Below are positions 1-5,406 of a DNA stretch of 10,714 bases, piece after piece. This DNA is from a virus. Below the pieces are notes generated by a model that was not told where the DNA came from, did no database searches, and saw only the letters and a program-made list of their open reading frames with translations. The DNA is taken from the UHGV virus genome UHGV-0188446. One strand, 5' to 3'. Each line of letters begins with the position of its first letter. Position 1 is the stretch's first letter. The position numbers and the translations under genes are program-made.

Positions 1-13
1 GGCTTGTAATGGG

Positions 14-361
14 TTAAGTGATAACAGATGTCTGGAAATATAGGGGCAAATCCAGGCCTTCGCGAAGGATTACCTTCATCGCGATAAGCTCATTCTTGGC
101 CTTGTTTACCTTCTGTCTTGGCAGCCTGGTAATTTGAGCTAACTGACTATCAGAGATGCGATCCATCTTTTTACCGTATCCGTATGTTTTACGGCATATG
201 GCGTGGGCAACCTTACTCTGATTTTTTGTTAAATCTGCGCCGATAAGCTCTTCATACAGGGCATTTGCAAGACGGGTATAACCATCTTCAACTTCTGCCA
301 CACGACGCTCCACAGGCCGTTGTGAAGGCCTTAAATGTGTTACGGTTGCAAGATTACTCAT
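14..361 (-). CDS. O: Lambda O-like replication initiation protein, N-terminal origin-binding domain; frame stops after 115 aa (truncated, pseudogenised or short variant)
   Basis: ORF track 14..361 with ATG at 361-359 (complement). The N-terminal segment ([55 protein letters not shown]) closely resembles the lambda O N-terminus as I recall it. It lies directly downstream of cII as in lambdoid phages. Stop codon at 16-14 (complement). Confidence 0.6.
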   Translation of the reverse strand: MSNLATVTHLRPSQRPVERRVAEVEDGYTRLANALYEELIGADLTKNQSKVAHAICRKTYGYGKKMDRISDSQLAQITRLPRQKVNKAKNELIAMKVILREGLDLPLYFQTSVIT

Positions 362-500
362 GACCTTTCTCCTTCTGCATCAGCTTCACTTTTTCCAACT
401 CAGCCCGGAATCGACCAGGCTGCTTGAAGCTGGACAGGAAGCGATCACGTAGTATGTGTTTGTGAATTTTGTCCTGGTAAGGACTGAGTTGTTTTGTCAT
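354..500 (-). CDS. Small basic hypothetical protein (48 aa) between cII and O; not in the ORF track (<60 aa)
   Basis: Hand translation of the complement from ATG at 500-498 gives [48 protein letters not shown], stop at 356-354. A strong Shine-Dalgarno AGGAG (complement of 506-510) lies 5 nt upstream. Its 3' end overlaps the O start codon, suggesting translational coupling. Confidence 0.3.
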   Translation of the reverse strand: MTKQLSPYQDKIHKHILRDRFLSSFKQPGRFRAELEKVKLMQKEKGHE

Positions 501-514
501 AATTACTCCTGTGG

Positions 515-590
515 ATTGATCCAGTAATTCCCTCAGAATTGCATATCAATTTGCTTAAAATCCTCGGTGGCAGCCGGGGATTTTTTCTTT
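515..590 (+). ncRNA. oop: Candidate oop-like antisense RNA ending in an intrinsic terminator, antisense to the 3' end of cII (5' end not defined)
   Basis: Plus-strand hairpin 559-582 (aatcctcgg / ccgggggatt, 9 bp with one G-U pair, loop tggcag) followed by a T-run to 590, located inside the 3' end of the minus-strand cII-like CDS. This matches the position and orientation of lambda oop. No clean promoter was identified by eye. Confidence 0.3.
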
Positions 591-829
591 GTGATTTCAT
601 CAAGCGCATACTTAAAAGCCCTGCTAATCGGACTGATGTCTGATGCCATTCCAAAAGCACACAAGACCGAAGCAATAAATCTCCAGTCCGTTCTGCTTAT
701 CTTCGATTCATGACAGCCAATCATCTTTGCCAGACCGCGCTGGGTAAGCGTTGACAGGTTGATGAGTAAATCTGTTTCTGCGCGATCAATTTCTCGCTGT
801 GTTGGCTTGCTGTAACTTGCTTGTGTCAT
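533..829 (-). CDS. cII: CII-like transcriptional activator of lysogeny establishment (divergent from lambda cII, same family)
   Basis: ORF track 533..829, 98 aa. Position between cro and O. HTH-like segment [15 protein letters not shown] and C-terminus [18 protein letters not shown] parallel the lambda CII C-terminus (..NKKRPAATERSEQIQMEF) as recalled. Confidence 0.8.
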   Translation of the reverse strand: MTQASYSKPTQREIDRAETDLLINLSTLTQRGLAKMIGCHESKISRTDWRFIASVLCAFGMASDISPISRAFKYALDEITKKKSPAATEDFKQIDMQF

Positions 830-840
830 TTGTTAATTTT
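806..840 (+). promoter_or_regulatory. Candidate PRE-type CII-activated promoter with TTGC-N6-TTGC direct repeats
   Basis: TTGC at 806-809 and 816-819 separated by 6 nt (tgtaac), on the strand pointing toward cI and overlapping the cII start codon (827-829). This is the arrangement of the CII-binding site at lambda PRE. Confidence 0.45.
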
Positions 841-913
841 CCAATAGTGAATAGTTAGTTGAAAGGTATGCGTGGAAACGCATATGGCCTTAGTTGGTCA
901 GATATCTTGGGGC

Positions 914-959
914 TCGCTTTGTCAGCGACGTAGGACGAATGTCCATTGTGAAAAGAGCG
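914..959 (-). promoter_or_regulatory. Candidate nutR: boxA-like CGCTCTTTT (complement of 951-959) and P22-type boxB hairpin TCGCTGACAAAGCGA (complement of 914-928)
   Basis: On the PR transcript just after the cro stop, CGCTCTTTT matches the boxA consensus. It is followed about 22 nt later by a 5-bp stem with GACAA pentaloop, the same loop as the nutL boxB at 3851-3865. The spacer is longer than in lambda. Confidence 0.4.
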
Positions 960-966
960 GTGTTAC

Positions 967-1167
967 TTATGCAGTTGTTTTTTTGTTACTTGGGAAGGGC
1001 TTTATTTCTTCCGCATAAACGCTTCCATCAGCGTTTATAGTTAAAAAAATCTTTCGGCCTGCATGAATGGCCTTGTTAATCGCGCTTTGATATACGCCGA
1101 GATCTTTAGCCGTCTTGGTTTGCCCAAAGCGTATTGCATAATCTTTCAGGGTTATGCGTTGTTCCAT
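967..1167 (-). CDS. cro: Cro repressor
   Basis: 66-aa [69 protein letters not shown], essentially the lambda Cro sequence as recalled. AGGAGG Shine-Dalgarno (complement of 1171-1176). Divergent from cI across the OR operators. Confidence 0.95.
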   Translation of the reverse strand: MEQRITLKDYAIRFGQTKTAKDLGVYQSAINKAIHAGRKIFLTINADGSVYAEEIKPFPSNKKTTA

Positions 1168-1191
1168 ACAACCTCCTTAGTACAGGCAATC

Positions 1192-1262
1192 ATTATCACC
1201 GCTAGAGGTAAAATAGTCAACACGCACGGTGTTAGAAGTTTATCCCTTGCGGTGATAGATTT
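1192..1262. promoter_or_regulatory. Right operator OR1-OR2-OR3 with divergent promoters PR (toward cro) and PRM (toward cI)
   Basis: Three 17-bp lambda-type operators: OR1 1194-1210 tatcaccgctagaggta, OR2 1218-1234 caacacgcacggtgtta, OR3 1241-1257 tatcccttgcggtgata. PR -10 is GATAAT (complement of 1192-1197) and -35 is TTGACT (complement of 1215-1220) with 17-bp spacing. PRM lies on the plus strand with the cI ATG at 1268 directly downstream (leaderless arrangement as in lambda). Confidence 0.9.
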
Positions 1263-1264
1263 AA

Positions 1265-1981
<717 letters not shown>

Positions 1982-2130
1982 TGGGCAAGGTGTTCTGGTC
2001 GGCGCATAGCTGGTGAAAAAATTATTTAATGCGGTGTATTGGCTGATTGTAACCCCATGTAACATCTTGCCGTCACCATTTCGGTGGTTAGATTTTTAAT
2101 AAAAAAAACAAATGTATAGCAAGGTTTTTT

Positions 2131-2610
2131 ATGGATAAAATTAATTACCCACCCCTGTTTGAGCCAGGGTTCCATGACATGGATGAAGCTGGATTAAAAT
2201 CGTATTGTGTCGATTGCTTTCCTTCATCATCCAGGCGAGGCATGCTATACTGTAATTTTATACAGCTACTCGAATCTATTCGAGAATTATCTGCTCAATA
2301 TGGCTGTTTTACAGAAATATGGGTTGATGGTTCATACACCACGTCTAAACCAGAGCCTGATGATATTGATATTTTGTTGGTATGTGACTATAGCAATATA
2401 AACTCAATACCTGTCATGCTTCGGGGCCGCGTCGATAATTTGCTTGACCGAAACTACATCAAACAAAACTACAAAATTGATGTCCTACTACTCATGAAGA
2501 ATTTAGATGACCCTAACTATGATTATGAGTACTGGCGTAGCTACTGGCGCGGTTGGTTTGGTTTTGATCGCAGTGAAAACCCGAAAGGGTTAGTGAGGAT
2601 TTTTTTATGA
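2131..2610 (+). CDS. Hypothetical protein with minimal nucleotidyltransferase (pol-beta superfamily) signature; first gene of a two-gene cassette in the rexA/rexB position
   Basis: ORF track 2131..2610, 159 aa. Motif IWVDGSYTTSKPEPDDIDILLVCD fits the hG[GS]-x(9-13)-DhD pattern of minimal nucleotidyltransferases. AAGG about 9 nt upstream of the ATG. Stop overlaps the next gene's start (ATGA at 2607-2610). No resemblance to lambda RexA. Confidence 0.7.
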   Translation: MDKINYPPLFEPGFHDMDEAGLKSYCVDCFPSSSRRGMLYCNFIQLLESIRELSAQYGCFTEIWVDGSYTTSKPEPDDIDILLVCDYSNINSIPVMLRGRVDNLLDRNYIKQNYKIDVLLLMKNLDDPNYDYEYWRSYWRGWFGFDRSENPKGLVRIFL

Positions 2611-3539
2611 ATGATAAATCAATGTTTAAAAATTGCGATAAACGCATTGATTTCATTCAAAAAGAAGTCGATGCAATGAAGCAAAACAAAACCAGGTCCT
2701 TTGCTGACATGCTTCTTTATCGCTCCATGGATTCTCATCTGAGCGATTTGAAGGCCGAAAAATTAAAGCAAGATAGTCGGCACCCACTTATCGATTTTTT
2801 TGAGCTGCGGCTGAAAGGCTCTGAGGTTGACTTTGGCTCTATTCCTTTAGAGCTGCTTGGGGCTATTTCAACAAATCTTGCAGCGCTAATACAAAGAGCA
2901 ACACACAAAATTGCCTCAGGCAAGGACTCAAAAAAAGTTCCCTACGACGTGAAAAGCTCCTTAAACCTCAGGCTGGCTGATTTATCCCCTGGGTCTACAA
3001 AATTGGGCGTCACCTTCTCTACAGGAATAGCAGAATTAGTAGAAACAGTACCCAGCAAGGCTGTAAAAGGCATATTCGATTTGTTGTTAAGCGATGACGA
3101 CAACAACTTCATGAATCACGTCGCTGAAATTGGATACAATTCCACTGTAAGCCTTAAGAGAATCGTAGAGGAATGCGATAAACACAACTTAACATTTGAT
3201 GCAAGTTGGACCGGTCCATTTAGTAATGGCACCAAGGTGGCAACTATTGACTCCAATAAAATTAAGTACTTGGTGAGTAGACTTACATCAACCATTTCAT
3301 CCCCTCCCATTACTGAAACGGTTACAGGCGAACTGGTCGTTCTATCCAAATATGGGAAGCTGGAGCTTGATGTTGGTGGTGAACATTTAAAGGCTTCCTA
3401 TCCGATTGAAATGCTAGATTTAATACAAAAAAAACACAAGGTCGGACAGATTGTTTCTCTTTTAGTGGAGACTACTGAGATTCACAATGATCGCATAGGT
3501 CTGTACCGTAAAAACCATCTTGTTAAATCGGTTCTTTAA
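2607..3539 (+). CDS. Hypothetical 310-aa soluble protein of unknown function; second gene of the cassette, translationally coupled to the nucleotidyltransferase gene
   Basis: ORF track 2607..3539. ATG overlaps the upstream stop. No long hydrophobic segments, no Walker motifs, no resemblance to RexB seen by eye. An Rx4H string (RSMDSH, aa 39-44) is noted but is weak evidence. Followed by an intrinsic terminator. Confidence 0.7.
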   Translation: MNDKSMFKNCDKRIDFIQKEVDAMKQNKTRSFADMLLYRSMDSHLSDLKAEKLKQDSRHPLIDFFELRLKGSEVDFGSIPLELLGAISTNLAALIQRATHKIASGKDSKKVPYDVKSSLNLRLADLSPGSTKLGVTFSTGIAELVETVPSKAVKGIFDLLLSDDDNNFMNHVAEIGYNSTVSLKRIVEECDKHNLTFDASWTGPFSNGTKVATIDSNKIKYLVSRLTSTISSPPITETVTGELVVLSKYGKLELDVGGEHLKASYPIEMLDLIQKKHKVGQIVSLLVETTEIHNDRIGLYRKNHLVKSVL

Positions 3540-3546
3540 TATCTCA

Positions 3547-3572
3547 CCCGGCCACCGAGCCGGGTTTTCTTT
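3547..3572 (+). terminator. Rho-independent terminator closing the cI/cassette transcription unit
   Basis: GC-rich hairpin cccggc-caccga-gccggg (3547-3564) followed by ttttcttt (3565-3572), 8 nt after the stop of the 310-aa gene. Confidence 0.7.
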
Positions 3573-3719
3573 GCCTACCCCCCCCCAAAAAAAACACATA
3601 ACCAATTGTATTTATTTGAAAATTAATAGATACAACTCACTAAACATAGCAATTCAGATCTCTCACCTACCAAACAATGCCCCCTGCAAAAAATAAATTC
3701 ATATAAAAAACATACAGAT

Positions 3720-3782
3720 AACCATCTGCGGTGATTAATTATCTCTAGCGGTGTTGACATAAATACCACTGGCGGTGATACT
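3720..3782 (+). promoter_or_regulatory. Left operator OL3-OL2-OL1 with promoter PL (transcribing rightward in this window)
   Basis: OL3 3720-3736 aaccatctgcggtgatt, OL2 3740-3756 tatctctagcggtgttg, OL1 3764-3780 taccactggcggtgata. PL -35 TTGACA at 3754-3759 and -10 GATACT at 3777-3782 with 17-bp spacing. Near-identical to the lambda PL region as recalled. Confidence 0.92.
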
Positions 3783-3850
3783 AAACACATCAGCAGGACG
3801 CACTACTCACCAGGGCGGTGAATATACAACGATTCGAATATGAATCTACG

Positions 3851-3865
3851 GCGCTGACAAAGCGC
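3851..3865 (+). promoter_or_regulatory. nutL boxB hairpin of P22 type (GCGCUGACAAAGCGC)
   Basis: Perfect 5-bp stem gcgct/agcgc with pentaloop gacaa about 60 nt downstream of the PL start. This matches the P22 boxB as I recall it rather than lambda boxB (GCCCUGAAGAAGGGC). No clear boxA was recognised upstream. Confidence 0.6.
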
Positions 3866-3870
3866 AATAA

Positions 3871-4013
3871 CCAAAGTGAACTTTGGGGTGTGGTGAAGGG
3901 TTCATGGACGGGAATATGTCGCACGTAAAGCGGCGAGGCCTGCGGGACTATTGCCGAATTGAAGTAGGCCGAAACAGGTCGAAATGGGTCTCCCACCTAC
4001 CACACCACCAAAG
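3871..4013 (+). promoter_or_regulatory. N-leader RNA structure: long-range stem (3881-3895 with 4000-4013) plus competing local hairpin (3871-3886)
   Basis: ctttggggtgtggtg (3881-3895) is complementary to ccacaccaccaaag (4000-4013) with one bulge. ccaaag-tgaa-ctttgg (3871-3886) can form an alternative local hairpin. Lambda has an equivalent long-range leader duplex upstream of N that is processed by RNase III (recalled). The stem ends 8 nt before the N Shine-Dalgarno. Confidence 0.5.
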
Positions 4014-4030
4014 TTCATCAGGAGGTCTAT

Positions 4031-4414
4031 ATGACACGCAGAACTCAGTTCAAAGGCAATTCACGTTCTCGTCGTCGTGAGCGTTTAAAGGCAAAGGCAT
4101 TAGCTAACGGCGTGCTGGCCCGCGAAGAAGCAATAAGTTCAGAAGTATTACACCGCCCTACTCTAAGCAGAGCGCAGATTCAGGCTAAAGGTACTCACGA
4201 AACGCCTGAGCGCATAGAAGACGCTAAGCCAATTAAGTTCATGGCACAGGACGTGATCTGGCAACAGAAAGAATACAGACGCAATCTGGAGAGAGCGGCC
4301 ATTGTGTACGCGAATGAGTTTGGGCATAGGCAACCAGAAACTGGTGTATGTCTTCCAAATGTAGCTCTTTACGCGGCAGGCTACAGGAAATCAAAACAAC
4401 TGACAGCAAGGTGA
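4031..4414 (+). CDS. N: N-like transcription antitermination protein, P22 gene 24-like family, with arginine-rich N-terminal motif
   Basis: First gene downstream of PL/nutL. GGAGG Shine-Dalgarno at 4021-4025. N-terminal arginine-rich motif (NSRSRRRERLKAKALA). C-terminus ..CLPNVALYAAGYRKSKQLTAR resembles the P22 N C-terminus (..LLPGVALYAAGHRKSKQITAR) as recalled. Confidence 0.8.
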   Translation: MTRRTQFKGNSRSRRRERLKAKALANGVLAREEAISSEVLHRPTLSRAQIQAKGTHETPERIEDAKPIKFMAQDVIWQQKEYRRNLERAAIVYANEFGHRQPETGVCLPNVALYAAGYRKSKQLTAR

Positions 4415-4416
4415 CT

Positions 4417-4464
4417 TGTGTTGGTCGCCAGAAAATAAAATTAGGCAGCAAACCACTTATTTGA
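4417..4464 (+). pseudogene. Fossil 3' end of a lambda-type N gene (encodes CVGRQKIKLGSKPLI then stop), out of frame with the intact N
   Basis: Hand translation of 4417-4461 gives CVGRQKIKLGSKPLI followed by TGA. This matches the C-terminus of lambda-type N (..GRQKIK.KS.PLI) as recalled. It sits directly after the stop of the P22-type N in a different frame, so it looks like a recombination scar. Confidence 0.55.
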
Positions 4465-4472
4465 GGTGATAT

Positions 4473-4559
4473 ATGGAAGAAGAATTTGAAGAGTTCGAAG
4501 AGCATCCGCAGGATGTGATGGAACAATACCAGGACTATCCGTATGACTACGACTATTGA
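4473..4559 (+). CDS. Candidate 28-aa highly acidic micro-protein (MEEEFEEFEEHPQDVMEQYQDYPYDYDY)
   Basis: ATG at 4473 preceded by GAGGT 7 nt upstream; stop TGA at 4557-4559. Overlaps the ral start. Not in the ORF track because of size. Coding status uncertain. Confidence 0.25.
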   Translation: MEEEFEEFEEHPQDVMEQYQDYPYDYDY

Positions 4560-4743
4560 TAAGAATCAATGGTGTGGACAATTCAAACGATGCAATGGAT
4601 GCAAGCTGCAATCGGAATGCATGGTTAAGCCTGAAGAAATGTTTCCTGTAATGGAAGATGGGAAATATGTCGATAAATGGGCAATACGAACGACGGCAAT
4701 GATTGCCAGAGAACTTGGTAAACAGAATAACAAGGCTGCCTGA
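4543..4743 (+). CDS. ral: Ral, restriction alleviation protein
   Basis: 66-aa ORF MTTTIDKNQWCGQFKRCNGCKLQSECMVKPEEMFPVMEDGKYVDKWAIRTTAMIARELGKQNNKAA, matching lambda Ral as recalled. Same length as lambda ral (201 nt). Confidence 0.9.
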   Translation: MTTTIDKNQWCGQFKRCNGCKLQSECMVKPEEMFPVMEDGKYVDKWAIRTTAMIARELGKQNNKAA

Positions 4744-4789
4744 TGGTAGCCTTTATTTTTGGCATAAACAACAGAATAAACACTGCACT

Positions 4790-4817
4790 GTGTATTCATT
4801 CCAATGAGTGAATACAC
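4790..4817. other. 12-bp inverted repeat with 4-nt spacer (gtgtattcattc-caat-gagtgaatacac); strong hairpin or dimeric protein-binding site
   Basis: Arms 4790-4801 and 4806-4817 are complementary at 11 of 12 positions (the remaining pair is G-U in RNA). No adjacent T-run on the plus strand. Confidence 0.5.
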
Positions 4818-4879
4818 GGAGCAATGTCGCTCGTAACTAAACAGGAGCCGACTTGTTCTGATTATTGGAAATCTTCTTT

Positions 4880-4905
4880 GCCCTCCAATGTGAGGGCCTT
4901 TTTAT
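4880..4905 (+). terminator. Rho-independent terminator
   Basis: gccctc-caatgt-gagggc stem-loop (4880-4897) followed by ctttttat. Confidence 0.6.
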
Positions 4906-4917
4906 ATGCATACCAAT

Positions 4918-4941
4918 AACGCTTCACTCGAGGCGTTTTTC
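4918..4941 (+). terminator. Second hairpin plus T-run (candidate tandem terminator) just upstream of cIII
   Basis: aacgc(t)/(g)gcgtt stem around an 8-nt loop, followed by ttttt (4936-4940). Confidence 0.45.
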
Positions 4942-4966
4942 GTTATGTATAAATAAGGAGCACACC

Positions 4967-5107
4967 ATGCAATATGCCATTGCAGGGTGGCCTGTTGCTG
5001 GCTGCCCTTCCGAATCTTTACTTGAACGAATCACACGTAAATTACGTGATGGATGGAAACGCCTTATCGACATACTTAATCAGCCAGGAGTTCCCAAAAA
5101 TGGATAA
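4967..5107 (+). CDS. cIII: CIII, protector of CII (FtsH/HflB inhibitor)
   Basis: ATG at 4967 with AAGGAG 6 nt upstream. 46-aa product MQYAIAGWPVAGCPSESLLERITRKLRDGWKRLIDILNQPGVPKNG matches lambda CIII over its length except for a shorter C-terminus, as recalled. The ORF track shows a longer in-frame form from 4865, which I reject. Confidence 0.8.
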   Translation: MQYAIAGWPVAGCPSESLLERITRKLRDGWKRLIDILNQPGVPKNG

Positions 5108-5213
5108 AACACTTATGGCTATCCAGACTAAATTCACTATCGCCACTTTTATTGGCGATGAAAAGATGTTTCGTGAAGCCGTAGAAGCCTACAGAAAATG
5201 GAGGTCAAAATGA
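5100..5213 (+). CDS. kil: Kil-like host cell-division inhibitor
   Basis: ATG at 5100 overlapping the cIII stop (as kil overlaps cIII in lambda). 37-aa product MDKTLMAIQTKFTIATFIGDEKMFREAVEAYRKWRSK resembles the lambda Kil N-terminus as recalled. The ORF track's longer form from 4974 is rejected. Confidence 0.55.
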   Translation: MDKTLMAIQTKFTIATFIGDEKMFREAVEAYRKWRSK

Positions 5214-5398
5214 TTCCGGTAGAACTGGCGAAAACTCCAGAGTTAAGTCGATTAAAAAGAGAATATCACATTGCTGAGGCTCGTTACTGGCGTAAAGCGG
5301 GAGATAAATCAAAGAAACAACTTTGTTTATGGCAGGCGCAAAGAGAGCGCATGAATGAGCGCGAATTTCTTTCCTGCCCATCCGAATTACCATTCTGA
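5210..5398 (+). CDS. Hypothetical protein (62 aa)
   Basis: ATG at 5210 overlaps the kil stop (ATGA). GGAGG 6 nt upstream. Product MIPVELAKTPELSRLKREYHIAEARYWRKAGDKSKKQLCLWQAQRERMNEREFLSCPSELPF. Confidence 0.5.
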   Translation: MIPVELAKTPELSRLKREYHIAEARYWRKAGDKSKKQLCLWQAQRERMNEREFLSCPSELPF

Positions 5399-5406
5399 GG
5401 CAAATT

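Noticed and set aside
445-675. 76-aa minus-strand ORF overlapping the cII 3' end
   Set aside because: Out of frame with cII-like and the small coupled ORF, with no start context. Explained by overlap with real genes.
2735-3349. Minus-strand ORFs 2735..2923 and 3116..3349 antisense to the 310-aa cassette gene
   Set aside because: Antisense to a longer gene that is translationally coupled to its neighbour. No start signals.
1982-3546. Looked for rexA/rexB, which lambda carries in this slot
   Set aside because: Neither cassette protein resembles RexA or RexB in sequence, and the second is not a multi-pass membrane protein, so rexAB is absent and replaced.
3790-4080. ORFs 3790..3996 (minus) and 3883..4080 (plus) in the PL leader
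   Set aside because: They overlap nutL boxB, the leader duplex and the N start. The region is better explained as structured leader RNA.
4239-4817. Minus-strand ORFs 4239..4526 and 4566..4817 antisense to N and ral
   Set aside because: Antisense to recognised genes. I considered a sieB-like gene here but the translations show no hydrophobic membrane-protein character or other support.
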